Assembly (NCBI GenBank): GCA_947085655.1
Contig: CAMTXH010000013.1
Coordinates: 23,513 to 87,512, forward strand
DNA from: an uncultured Omnitrophica bacterium
GTDB taxonomy: Bacteria; Omnitrophota; Gorgyraeia; JACQQV01
Length of the DNA stretch: 64,000 nt
Reading direction: 5' to 3'
Position numbers and translations under genes: made by a program
Notes under the pieces: model-generated
Seen by the model: only the letters and a program-made list of their open reading frames with translations
Told to the model about the DNA's origin: nothing
The model's database searches: none
Shown here: in pieces, positions 28,273-37,110 of the stretch
Layout of the letters: each line of letters starts with the position of its first letter
Numbering within the stretch: the stretch's first letter is position 1

Positions 28273-29634
28273 GTGAAGCACGAAGCAGTTCTCGAAGCCC
28301 TTTCCTCGGTTCAGGATCCGGGAAAAGGAAGGGACATTGTCTCTCTCGGCTACGTTCAGGATTTGCGAGTCGACGGGGGAAAGGTCCGCTTTCGAATCCA
28401 GTCCCCGATTCCTCCCGGGGAAGTGCGTGACCATCTTCGGGAAGCGGCCCACGAGGCCGTTTCAAAACTTTCGGGCGTGACAGAGGTCGGCGTGGTGATG
28501 ACCTCCCTCATTCAAAAACCCGAAAGAACCGCTTCTCCTCAAGAAACCGTTTCTCCCTCTTCCGCCAAGGAACGTCTTATCCCGAACGTGAAATCGGTGA
28601 TTCCGGTTGCAAGCGGAAAAGGAGGCGTCGGAAAATCGACGGTGAGCGTGAATCTGGCGCTCGCCCTGGCCCATCGCGGCGCCCGTGTCGGGATTATGGA
28701 TGCGGATGTTTACGGGCCGACGATTCCGACCCTTTTGGGGATTGCGAAGCAGCCGGACGCACTCGACGACCATCGACTGATCCCGGTCGAACAATACGGC
28801 CTCAAAGTGATGTCCATGGGATTTTTCCTGAAAGAGGATGATGCGGTCGTCTGGCGCGGCCCGATGCTTCACAAAGCGATTGAACAGTTTCTCGGCGGCG
28901 TGGCGTGGGAAGAACTCGATTATTTAATCGTCGATCTGCCGCCCGGAACCGGCGATATCCAATTGAGTCTTTGTCAAACCATTCCCCTCACGGGTGCGGT
29001 GATTGTTTCCACGCCGCAGGATGTGGCTCTCCGGGTGGCTCAAAAAGCGATCGCGATGTTCCATAAACTGAACGCCCCGATTCTGGGGATGATCGAAAAT
29101 ATGAGTCATTTTATCTGCAGTCATTGCGGAAAGCGGGAGGATATCTTCGGAACGGGCGGCGCGCGAAAGGCGGCGGAGCGGCTCGGCATTCCTTTCCTCG
29201 GGGAGATTCCCCTTGCGACACCGGTCCGGGTTCAGTCGGACGAGGGAAAACCGATTGTGATTTCAGACCCAAACTCACCGGTCACCCAGGCCTTTATTCA
29301 GGCGGCGGAGAAATTGGCCGAAGAGGTGAAAAGCCGCGACAAAGCGCCCGAACTCCCCGACATCACCCGTCCCGACGCCCATCACATCCGGATTCAGTGG
29401 AAAGACGGCTATGAGCGTCTTTTCCCGGTGCGGGAGCTGCGCCTTGAGTGTCCTTGTGCCGGTTGTCTTGATGAGATGACCGGAAAACGGCGGTTCGACC
29501 CGGCCACCATCCCGCCGGATGTCCACCCCCTCCACATTTCTCTCGTCGGTAATTATGCGATTAATATCCGCTGGAGTGACGGCCACCAGACCGGTATTTA
29601 CTCCTTCACAAAACTTCGCGGCCCCCGCCCCTGA
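28273..29634 (+). CDS. apbC: Mrp/ApbC-family Fe-S cluster carrier ATPase with N-terminal DUF59 and C-terminal DUF971
   Basis: DUF59 (EAVLEALSSVQDPGKGRDIVSLGYV); deviant Walker A (VASGKGGVGKST); CxxC (CSHCGK); DUF971 tail (IQWKDGYERLFPVRELRLECPCAGC). The start is uncertain: GTG 28273 or TTG 28255. Confidence 0.85.
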   Translation: MKHEAVLEALSSVQDPGKGRDIVSLGYVQDLRVDGGKVRFRIQSPIPPGEVRDHLREAAHEAVSKLSGVTEVGVVMTSLIQKPERTASPQETVSPSSAKERLIPNVKSVIPVASGKGGVGKSTVSVNLALALAHRGARVGIMDADVYGPTIPTLLGIAKQPDALDDHRLIPVEQYGLKVMSMGFFLKEDDAVVWRGPMLHKAIEQFLGGVAWEELDYLIVDLPPGTGDIQLSLCQTIPLTGAVIVSTPQDVALRVAQKAIAMFHKLNAPILGMIENMSHFICSHCGKREDIFGTGGARKAAERLGIPFLGEIPLATPVRVQSDEGKPIVISDPNSPVTQAFIQAAEKLAEEVKSRDKAPELPDITRPDAHHIRIQWKDGYERLFPVRELRLECPCAGCLDEMTGKRRFDPATIPPDVHPLHISLVGNYAINIRWSDGHQTGIYSFTKLRGPRP

Positions 29635-29641
29635 GAATTCA

Positions 29642-30766
29642 ATGTCTATCGTTTTTAAAATTTGCCGGATGATCCTCTGCTGGGTTCTTATCGGGGGAAG
29701 TGTTTCTGTAGCGGCCGCGGCGGAGGAGGGAAGATTCGGCGTCATTGTCGGCGGAAAGGGGAAACTTCCCAATCTGGTGGATGTCGTCCAGGACCTCGGC
29801 GCCGATTGGGTCAGAATGAATTATTCCCTCGGTGAGAAGAATCAGGACCCGAGACGGTTCTTTGAAGCCGGGATCCATGTGGTGATGACCTTCAACAACA
29901 CGGATCCGACGAATATCGATACCTCCTATGGAACCCTTGACGCTTTTCCGAACGCCGGTTTTCCCTTTAAGTCAAAACGAATTTATCAGGAAAGCGTAAG
30001 GGCAGCGCTTAAACCCCTCCTTCCTTATCTTGCCAAAGGCGCCCAGGTCTGGGCTCAATGCGAAAACGAAGTGGGCGATGCTTCCCTCAATCCGAAATCG
30101 CGATACTGGCGAGGAACCATGGACCAATATCTGGTGCAGTTGGACGCTTTTTACGAGGCGGTGAAATCTTTGAATCCTTCGATTCCGGTGGTCCTTACCA
30201 GTTTTCCCTCGGAATCACTCGACCATGCTCTCGACAAAGGGGACGACCGCTCCAAATATGCCGCCAGCCGCATCACCGCCCTTCTCTCAAAAGGACGGTA
30301 CGATGCCGTGGACCTTCATTTCTACGGATGCGTCGAGGAGATTCCTGCAAAGGTGCGGTGGGTTAAGAGCCAGTTGGCCCCCGGCAAGCGATGGATCTCG
30401 ACGGAGAATGGGGGTCCTGATTCCCGGTGCCCCGCCACACCTTTGACGTGGGAGGAAAATCCGGGGCAATTTGAAAAAATCCAGGCCCAACAGGTGGCCG
30501 GCCGGCTTTCGGCATGCGCTGAAAACGGAGGGAGTATCTGTCTATGGTTCTCACTTTTGGATCTAAGGAAAGAAGTCGAAGTCTTCAGGCACCTGGGCCT
30601 CATCGACCAATCCTCTGTGAAAGAGACATTCGTTGGAAAAGGGGTTCGTCCGAAGAAGAAACGTCCTTCCGCGCTTCCGGCGGAGAAAACAGAGGACATT
30701 CTGAAATCGATGCGCAGAAAGCCCGCCTACCAGGCCTTCAAGACCTTCACGGCTGCCCATCGTTAA
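29642..30766 (+). CDS. Secreted TIM-barrel glycoside-hydrolase-like protein (GH5/GH39-like, tentative)
   Basis: Signal peptide (ILCWVLIGGSVSVAAAA); candidate acid/base NE (QCENEV) and nucleophile E (ISTENGG) at the spacing typical of clan GH-A. The ORF-track start at 29519 overlaps apbC. Confidence 0.5.
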   Translation: MSIVFKICRMILCWVLIGGSVSVAAAAEEGRFGVIVGGKGKLPNLVDVVQDLGADWVRMNYSLGEKNQDPRRFFEAGIHVVMTFNNTDPTNIDTSYGTLDAFPNAGFPFKSKRIYQESVRAALKPLLPYLAKGAQVWAQCENEVGDASLNPKSRYWRGTMDQYLVQLDAFYEAVKSLNPSIPVVLTSFPSESLDHALDKGDDRSKYAASRITALLSKGRYDAVDLHFYGCVEEIPAKVRWVKSQLAPGKRWISTENGGPDSRCPATPLTWEENPGQFEKIQAQQVAGRLSACAENGGSICLWFSLLDLRKEVEVFRHLGLIDQSSVKETFVGKGVRPKKKRPSALPAEKTEDILKSMRRKPAYQAFKTFTAAHR

Positions 30767-30772
30767 TCCGGT

Positions 30773-31276
30773 TTAGAGACTGCCTCTCTTCAATTTTGGA
30801 AACCAGCGGGGGATTTTTCGTTTATATTCCCGGTAGGCCTTCCCGAAGCGCCTCTCCAGCTCCGGCTCCTCAAAGAAAATAAGCCACACATTTCCGATGA
30901 TCGAAAGGATGCCGAGATACCCCAGTAGAATCTTGGAGCGGAAAAAGAGCGCTTCGGCAAGAAGGATGAGAAAGACACCTGCCATGAGAGGATTCCGCAT
31001 GATCCGGTAAGGACCTTCGGTCACGAAATGTTTCGGCGGATCGAGCGGCATGGGAGTGCCAAGGCCTATCCGGTTGAAAAGATCGACGGACCAAACCGTT
31101 AATGCGATGCCCATCGCAAAAATAAATATTGCAATCATTGCAATCGTATCCCATCTCACCACCCCTTCTTCCTTAAAAAGGAATTTAAATCCCATCGGGA
31201 TCACGACCAAGATCGATCCGAGAAAAAAGAGTGCCCAGCCGAGCGTTTTCCATCGGACCCGCGTCAGTTCTTTCAT
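30773..31276 (-). CDS. Isoprenylcysteine carboxyl methyltransferase / phospholipid methyltransferase family membrane protein
   Basis: GPYRIMRNPLMAGVFLILLAEALFF plus the C-terminal EE..L...FG..Y..Y motif. Confidence 0.7.
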   Translation of the reverse strand: MKELTRVRWKTLGWALFFLGSILVVIPMGFKFLFKEEGVVRWDTIAMIAIFIFAMGIALTVWSVDLFNRIGLGTPMPLDPPKHFVTEGPYRIMRNPLMAGVFLILLAEALFFRSKILLGYLGILSIIGNVWLIFFEEPELERRFGKAYREYKRKIPRWFPKLKRGSL

Positions 31277-31283
31277 CCGTTTG

Positions 31284-31775
31284 TTATCGCTTCAGTTTTG
31301 CCCGGAGTTTGCTTAAGTTGACGACATCTTCCTGGTTATAGGTGAGAAGTTTCCGGAGGGAGGATGCATTGCCGGCGCGGTATTGATACCAGAGTTGCAC
31401 CGCCATCCAGCCGTCCACATCCCACGTTTTCCGGGGGATACGAAGCAGCCGTTCCACCACTTTTAATCCGCCGTACAACCCCCGCTCCCAGCAAGCAAAC
31501 ATCAAGTCTTCATGGCGGCATTTTTTTTCGACTCTAACGCCGGTTTTGGCTTCGATGAAGGGAAGGTCAAAACGGGTCCCATTGTAGGTGTAGACGGTAT
31601 CGACAACCGAAAGGGTTTTCCTGAGGAGGCGCGGGGTGATCTGTCTGCCGTAAGGTTGGGTCAGAATCGCGCGGTTTCGGTCATAAACTACATAAAGGCC
31701 CACGACAGTCAGTTCTGCGCTTTCGGGACTGAATCCAGTTGTCTCGATATCAAGATAACCCGCTACTCGCACCAT
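31284..31775 (-). CDS. RNase H-like 3'-5' exonuclease-fold protein (YprB/RNase_H_2-like)
   Basis: DIETTG (Exo I), YNGTRFDLPF, and YNQEDV (Exo III) motifs. Confidence 0.6.
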   Translation of the reverse strand: MVRVAGYLDIETTGFSPESAELTVVGLYVVYDRNRAILTQPYGRQITPRLLRKTLSVVDTVYTYNGTRFDLPFIEAKTGVRVEKKCRHEDLMFACWERGLYGGLKVVERLLRIPRKTWDVDGWMAVQLWYQYRAGNASSLRKLLTYNQEDVVNLSKLRAKLKR

Positions 31776-32022
31776 AGATTCGCATTATATCACGCAAGGG
31801 ACGCTTTCACATAAATATTAGTCAAAGCAAAGTGCCGTCCCGATTCATCCTTGAACCGCTTTATTCTGATACCTACACGCTCTTCCACCCGATGGGCCAT
31901 TGTGTTCCTCTGATGAATAGTATAAGATAAAAACAGAATGTGTCACCTTCCTTAATCTTTAAAGAAAGAGGACACTTCTGGGAGCAGAACTAGAAACGTC
32001 TCCTAAAGGAGAGGGAGGGAAG

Positions 32023-32196
32023 ATGGGAACCACATTTGGAAAGAGTCAGAAAGTTGAAGAGGTCGCCAAGCAGGTTATCGATCTATTGATGGGTGAGAAT
32101 CTTGTGGCGAACGAAATTTTCGATGTCATTTCGGAAGTGCAAAAATACGCGCTTCATAAAATGATCGGGGAGGACTTCCGCGCCCTGACGGGATGA
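32023..32196 (+). CDS. Unannotated 57-aa acidic small protein (MGTTFGKSQKVEEVAKQVIDLLMGENLVANEIFDVISEVQKYALHKMIGEDFRALTG)
   Basis: A strong RBS GGAGAGGGAGGG sits 3 nt upstream of the ATG. The frame is open and the protein is below the ORF-track size cut-off. A large hairpin terminator follows. Confidence 0.35.
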   Translation: MGTTFGKSQKVEEVAKQVIDLLMGENLVANEIFDVISEVQKYALHKMIGEDFRALTG

Positions 32197-32278
32197 AGAT
32201 CCTGGTCAGGACAGGCCCTCTTCGATTGATGGTCTTCCCATCAGCGACTGGGTGCCGAATGAAATACTCCAAATCTTT

Positions 32279-32342
32279 GGGACGTTTTCGAAAGTGTCCC
32301 TTGTATCACCCTTACGCTAGGGACACTTTCTGAAAACGTCCC
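32279..32342. terminator. Long inverted repeat (22-nt arms GGGACGTTTTCGAAAGTGTCCC / GGGACACTTTCTGAAAACGTCCC, 19-nt loop): bidirectional terminator between convergent genes
   Basis: The arms are reverse complements apart from one inserted T. The repeat sits between the stop of the small + ORF and the stop of the minus-strand PCD gene. Confidence 0.55.
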
Positions 32343-32701
32343 TATTTCAATTCCTTGGGGAGTGCCTCGATCTTCGAGGCAAGGATGAAGTCGTTTTCAG
32401 AGAGCCCCTTGATCGCATGCGTGGAGAGCTCCACCCGGAGTTTCCGGTAGCCGGTAAGGTGCAGATCCGGATGGTGATCTTCCCCTTCGGCCACCTCTGC
32501 AATTTTCTGGATGAGCCGGACCGCGGACAAAAAATCCTTCATGACAAAGGTCTTCTGAATGGCATTTCCGTTTTCTCCTAAGGCCCATCCTTCCAATACG
32601 TTAAGATAACCTTTTGCGGTCTCTGCATTCATCGGTGACATGCCGCCCTCGCACGGCCTACACTTTTTTCGACACAGTTCATCCGCATTCGGAACTCCCA
32701 T
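32342..32701 (-). CDS. Pterin-4a-carbinolamine dehydratase (PCD/DCoH family)
   Basis: EGEDHHPDLHLTGYRKLRVELSTHAIKGLSENDFILASKI signature. ATG at 32701 is preceded by AAGGAGGG 5 nt upstream; the longer ORF-track version (to 32851) overlaps the divergent CBS gene. Confidence 0.8.
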   Translation of the reverse strand: MGVPNADELCRKKCRPCEGGMSPMNAETAKGYLNVLEGWALGENGNAIQKTFVMKDFLSAVRLIQKIAEVAEGEDHHPDLHLTGYRKLRVELSTHAIKGLSENDFILASKIEALPKELK

Positions 32702-32711
32702 GGCACCCTCC

Positions 32712-32740
32712 TTGTGTTTCAATTTCAACTGCGTTATAAT
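32712..32740 (+). promoter_or_regulatory. Candidate sigma70 promoter TTGTGT-17 nt-TATAAT for the CBS/korAB genes, in the divergent region shared with PCD
   Basis: Hexamers with a 17-nt spacer, about 25 nt upstream of the ATG at 32763. Confidence 0.4.
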
Positions 32741-32762
32741 ATTATAAAGGGTGCAAGCGGCC

Positions 32763-33230
32763 ATGTCAGCGAAAACATTTTTCGGAGAAGCGAAGGTCAC
32801 GGAATGTCCGATCACGACGCCGGTCGTAGTCTCCCCAACCACCTCTCTCATCGAGACGGTTGAGAAGATGCGGGAGCGGGGTCGGGGCTACGCCATGATC
32901 TGTGTCAAAAACAAGCTCCGCGGGCTCTTTACCGAAAGGGATTTTCTTTACAAAGTGATCGGGAAGGACATTCCGCCGGATACGCCCATTCAGAAACTTA
33001 TGCGGACGAATCTGATCACCATTACCAAAGAAGCGACGCTGGCGGAGGCGATTGAATTGATGGACAGGCACAAGTACCGTCGGCTGCCGCTTGTGGATGA
33101 GAAGGGAAATGCGATCGGAATGATCACCGTCTTCGACATTATCCGTTATCTGTCGGAACATTTTCCGGCGGAAGTGGGGAATCTTCCGCCGAAACTCGAT
33201 CAGAAAAGTCTCACCCCGGAGGGGGGTTGA
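32763..33230 (+). CDS. CBS-domain pair protein
   Basis: Two CBS motifs (VVVSPTTSLIETVEKM...; LITITKEATLAEAIELMDRHKYRRLPLVDEKGNAIGMITVFDIIR). Confidence 0.75.
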   Translation: MSAKTFFGEAKVTECPITTPVVVSPTTSLIETVEKMRERGRGYAMICVKNKLRGLFTERDFLYKVIGKDIPPDTPIQKLMRTNLITITKEATLAEAIELMDRHKYRRLPLVDEKGNAIGMITVFDIIRYLSEHFPAEVGNLPPKLDQKSLTPEGG

Positions 33231-33236
33231 TTCAAA

Positions 33237-35150
33237 ATGGTTCGGGGAGCACCCAGAGGAACACAGGGCAGCACCAACGAGGAGGATTCCGACCCGCACG
33301 CCCGTGCCGTTTCCAAAAAAACACGGCAGGGGATCGATCGGATCGTGGTCCGTTTTGCCGGTGACTCGGGCGATGGAATGCAGCTTGCCGGCATGCAGTT
33401 TACGGATACGACGGCTCTCGTCGGAAACGACTTAAGCACTTTTCCGAGCTTTCCGGCGGAGATTCGCGCCCCGGCCGGCACGCTTCCGGGGGTGAGCGGG
33501 TTTCAAATTCACTTTTCGGACGAGGACATCAAAACACCGGGGGACGAACCGAATGTCCTGGTGGTGATGAACCCTGCCGCACTCAGGGTGAATCTTTCCG
33601 ATCTCCCCGAAGGAGGTGTCATCATTGCCAATCGCGACACCTTCACCGAAAACAATCTCGATAAAGCGGGTTATAAGGAAAACCCCCTTACCGACGGCTC
33701 TCTTTCAAAATACCGGGTGATTTCGCTTCCAATCAGCACCCTGAATGCGGAGGCGGTGAAGGATATCCCGGAGCTGACCCGAGCCCAAGCCGACCGGTGC
33801 AAAAACTTCTTTGCCCTCGGCATTATGTTCTGGCTGTACGACCGGCCGCTGGATTATACCCTTCAGTGGATCCGGGAAAAATTTTCCAAGATGCCGAGTG
33901 TGGCGCAGGCGAACGAAAAAGCCCTTAAGGGGGGATACACCTTTGCCATCGCGACAGAACAGCTGCCGGTTCAGTATCACGTTAATCCGGCTCCCATCGA
34001 ACCGGGCCTTTACCGGAATATCACCGGAAACGAGGCGGTTGCCGTCGGTTTGATTGCGGCCGCCAAACTTACCGGCAAAACGGTTTTCTACGGGAGTTAC
34101 CCGATCACTCCGGCGAGCGACATCCTCCATGAACTTTCAAGATACAAAAACTTCCATGTTAAGACGTTTCAAGCCGAAGATGAAATCGCCGCTGTCTCTG
34201 CGGCGATCGGCGCCTCCTTTGCGGGTCAACTGGGTGTTACCGGCACGAGCGGCCCCGGATTCGCTCTGAAAGCGGAGGCGATTAACCTCGCGGTGATGAC
34301 GGAACTTCCCCTCATCGTCATGGATATCCAGCGGGGAGGGCCGAGTACGGGATTGCCGACCAAGACCGAACAGGCAGATCTGCTCCAGGCCTTTGCAGGC
34401 CGCAACTCGGAAAGTCCTGTTGCCATTGTCGCAGCGGCCACTCCCGGAGACTGTTTCTATATGATCCTGGAGGCGGTCCGGATTGCCATAACCTATATGA
34501 CGCCCGTCGTCTTCCTTTCGGACGGATATCTGGCCAGTGGTTCCGAGCCCTGGAAAATCCCGAAGGTCTCCGAACTTCCCAAATTCCATATTGTCCACTG
34601 GACCGCTTCGGAAGGTTTTTATCCGTATCTTCGGGATCCGAAAACCCTGGCCCGCCCGTGGGTCATTCCCGGAACGCCGGGCCTTGAGCACCGGATCGGC
34701 GGCCTTGAAAAATCGGATGTCACCGGAAATGTGAGTTACGATCCGTTGAACCACCAGAAGATGACGGAGCTCCGGGCAAAGAAGATTGCCGGGATCGCGG
34801 AGACGATTCCGGATCTCGAGATTTTCGGGAAAGAGGAAGGGGAACTCCTTGTCGTCGGCTGGGGTTCGACTTACGGGGCGATCTATGCGGCCGTGGACCG
34901 GGTTCAGAAAAAAGGCCGGAGCGTTTCAGCCATTCACCTGCGTTATCTGAATCCCTTCCCACGGAATTTGGGGGAGGTCCTCCGCCGCTTCAAAAAGATC
35001 CTGGTTCCGGAGGGGAACCTGGGCCAGCTCCTCCTCCTTTTGCGGGGGAAGTACCTTGTGGAGGCGACCGGCCTTCATAAGGTTCAGGGAAGGCCTTTCC
35101 AGATCCGGGAGATCGAACAGAAAATCGAGGAGATGTTGCGTTGGCGATGA
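33237..35150 (+). CDS. korA: 2-oxoacid:ferredoxin oxidoreductase alpha subunit (long KorA type, 2-oxoglutarate/2-oxoacid)
   Basis: VVRFAGDSGDGMQLAG N-terminal gamma-like domain, a second core domain, and the YPITPAS motif. Confidence 0.85.
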   Translation: MVRGAPRGTQGSTNEEDSDPHARAVSKKTRQGIDRIVVRFAGDSGDGMQLAGMQFTDTTALVGNDLSTFPSFPAEIRAPAGTLPGVSGFQIHFSDEDIKTPGDEPNVLVVMNPAALRVNLSDLPEGGVIIANRDTFTENNLDKAGYKENPLTDGSLSKYRVISLPISTLNAEAVKDIPELTRAQADRCKNFFALGIMFWLYDRPLDYTLQWIREKFSKMPSVAQANEKALKGGYTFAIATEQLPVQYHVNPAPIEPGLYRNITGNEAVAVGLIAAAKLTGKTVFYGSYPITPASDILHELSRYKNFHVKTFQAEDEIAAVSAAIGASFAGQLGVTGTSGPGFALKAEAINLAVMTELPLIVMDIQRGGPSTGLPTKTEQADLLQAFAGRNSESPVAIVAAATPGDCFYMILEAVRIAITYMTPVVFLSDGYLASGSEPWKIPKVSELPKFHIVHWTASEGFYPYLRDPKTLARPWVIPGTPGLEHRIGGLEKSDVTGNVSYDPLNHQKMTELRAKKIAGIAETIPDLEIFGKEEGELLVVGWGSTYGAIYAAVDRVQKKGRSVSAIHLRYLNPFPRNLGEVLRRFKKILVPEGNLGQLLLLLRGKYLVEATGLHKVQGRPFQIREIEQKIEEMLRWR

Positions 35151-36175
35151 ACCCAGAAACCTTGCCGAATGAACCGATAAAACTGACGCCCAAGGATTTT
35201 GTTTCGGGCCAGGACGTCCGGTGGTGCCCCGGCTGCGGGGATTACTCCATTCTTTCCCAGATGCAGAAGGCCCTTGCGGATGTGGGGCTCCCGAGGGAAA
35301 AATTTGTCTTTGTCTCGGGGATCGGCTGCGCGGCCCGTTTTCCGTATTACATGAACACCTACGGATTTCACACGATTCACGGACGCGCCCCCGCCATCGC
35401 GACCGGTTTGAAATGCGCCAATCCGGATCTCTCCGTCTGGGTCATCACCGGGGACGGGGACGGTTTGAGCATCGGCGGAAACCACCTGATTCACTGCATC
35501 CGCCGGAATCTTGATCTCAACATCCTCCTTTTCAACAACAAAATCTACGGGCTGACAAAGGGCCAGTACTCCCCAACATCCGAATTCGGGAAGAAAACCA
35601 AATCATCCCCCGACGGTTCGATCGAACATCCGATCAATCCCCTCTGCATCGCCATCGCCGCGGAGGCGACGTTTGTGGCGCGTTCGATCGATGTCTACAC
35701 CCAGCATCTTGTCGAAACGATTAAGCGGGCAGCGGCCCACAAAGGAACCTCTTTTGTGGAGATTTATCAAAACTGCATTGTTTTTAATGACAAGGCATTC
35801 GGGGACGTGACGGACCGTGCGGTCCGGGATGACCGGATCCTGGTGTTGGAGCATGGGAAACCGATGCGCTTCGGGAAAAACAAAGAATTCGGCATCCGTC
35901 TGAAAGGGCTTCAGCCGGAGGTGGTCAAGGTGGATGAAGTCGGTGAGAAGGCCCTCTTGGTCCATAATGAACAAGACCCCGAGCCGAATCTGGCGTATCT
36001 TCTGACCCAGATGCAGAATCCTGATTTTCCGGTGCCGATCGGTGTCTTTCGGTTTGTAGAGCGGCCTACCTACGACGGCATGCTGAACCAAAAAGTCACC
36101 GAGCTGATTCAGCAGCAGGGAGAAGGGAATCTGGAAGAGGTCCTTCGAGGCCCGGCCACCTGGACGGTAAAATAA
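35141..36175 (+). CDS. korB: 2-oxoacid:ferredoxin oxidoreductase beta subunit (TPP-binding)
   Basis: WCPGCGDYSIL and GIGCAARFPYY; TPP motif GDGDG-S-GGNH; 10-nt overlap with korA. Confidence 0.9.
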   Translation: MAMNPETLPNEPIKLTPKDFVSGQDVRWCPGCGDYSILSQMQKALADVGLPREKFVFVSGIGCAARFPYYMNTYGFHTIHGRAPAIATGLKCANPDLSVWVITGDGDGLSIGGNHLIHCIRRNLDLNILLFNNKIYGLTKGQYSPTSEFGKKTKSSPDGSIEHPINPLCIAIAAEATFVARSIDVYTQHLVETIKRAAAHKGTSFVEIYQNCIVFNDKAFGDVTDRAVRDDRILVLEHGKPMRFGKNKEFGIRLKGLQPEVVKVDEVGEKALLVHNEQDPEPNLAYLLTQMQNPDFPVPIGVFRFVERPTYDGMLNQKVTELIQQQGEGNLEEVLRGPATWTVK

Positions 36176-36182
36176 GGAGGAA

Positions 36183-36725
36183 ATGATGGTCCTCATCTGC
36201 CCGCATTGCGGACACGAAAATATCGCCGGCGCGGACTTTTGCGAGGCCTGTCGCCATGATTTGCAGCCCGAGTCCATTCCGCAGCCGACCGAGGGTCTTC
36301 AAAAACGGATTATGTCGGAGTCCCTTTCCCGGCTGCACCCCTCCACGCCGATTTTGGTCACAGCCGAAACACCCCTGTCGGACGTTATCCGGCAGATGCA
36401 GGAGAGACAACAGGGAAGCGCTTTAATTGTGAATGAGGAGGGGGAGTTGATCGGCATCGTTACCGACCGGGATATCATTCAAAAGGTCGGTTTTCGCTCC
36501 TCGGGATTGGAGAAACTGCCGGTTGGAGAAGTGATGACGCATGACCCGGTGGCCCTGAAAAGGGAAGACTCCATCGCCTTTGCACTCAACAAAATGTGCG
36601 TGGGAGGGTTTCGCCACATCCCGATCGTGAAAGACGGAAAACCGACCGGGACCCTCACCGTCAAGGACCTTTTCCACCACCTATGTCAACCGGAGTCAGA
36701 GGCCGAAACACCTTACCCTGACTAA
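36183..36725 (+). CDS. Zn-ribbon plus CBS-pair protein
   Basis: N-terminal CPHCGHEN...CEAC zinc ribbon, then two CBS motifs. Confidence 0.7.
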   Translation: MMVLICPHCGHENIAGADFCEACRHDLQPESIPQPTEGLQKRIMSESLSRLHPSTPILVTAETPLSDVIRQMQERQQGSALIVNEEGELIGIVTDRDIIQKVGFRSSGLEKLPVGEVMTHDPVALKREDSIAFALNKMCVGGFRHIPIVKDGKPTGTLTVKDLFHHLCQPESEAETPYPD

Positions 36726-36740
36726 CAACCGGGTCTGAGA

Positions 36741-37082
36741 TTACTTGGAGAAGAGTTGGTTGCCGTTTTCCGGAAGCGGAACATCGACGCTCGTGATCGG
36801 AAAGGTTCCCAGATGAAGCGCCCCGCCGACCGTCTGTCCCACCGTGTTGAAAATCCCCTTTCCGAACCCGACCGCAAAGTTACCCCCTTCACGGCTTTCA
36901 TCCACCGGCTGAGTGAAAATTTCTGTCCAACCGAGGGCGGTATTTTTCAACCCGAAACCGAACTTGGCATTGGCCCGGTTGACGTAGCCATACTCCTCCG
37001 TCCACGGACTTCCTGCAAACGCGGCGGTAGGAACGGCCACCAAGGCCAGGACGACCGCCAGAGTGAATATCCTCTTTAACAT
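36741..37082 (-). CDS. Small secreted protein, TIGR04073-like (exosortase-system-associated family, tentative)
   Basis: Signal peptide MLKRIFTLAVVLALVAVPTAAFAG; core KFGFGLKNTALGWTEI...GFGKGIFNTVGQTVGGALHLGTFPI resembles that family's G-rich core as I recall it. Confidence 0.45.
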   Translation of the reverse strand: MLKRIFTLAVVLALVAVPTAAFAGSPWTEEYGYVNRANAKFGFGLKNTALGWTEIFTQPVDESREGGNFAVGFGKGIFNTVGQTVGGALHLGTFPITSVDVPLPENGNQLFSK

Positions 37083-37110
37083 CCGTCACCTCCTCTTGTT
37101 GTGAACCCTT

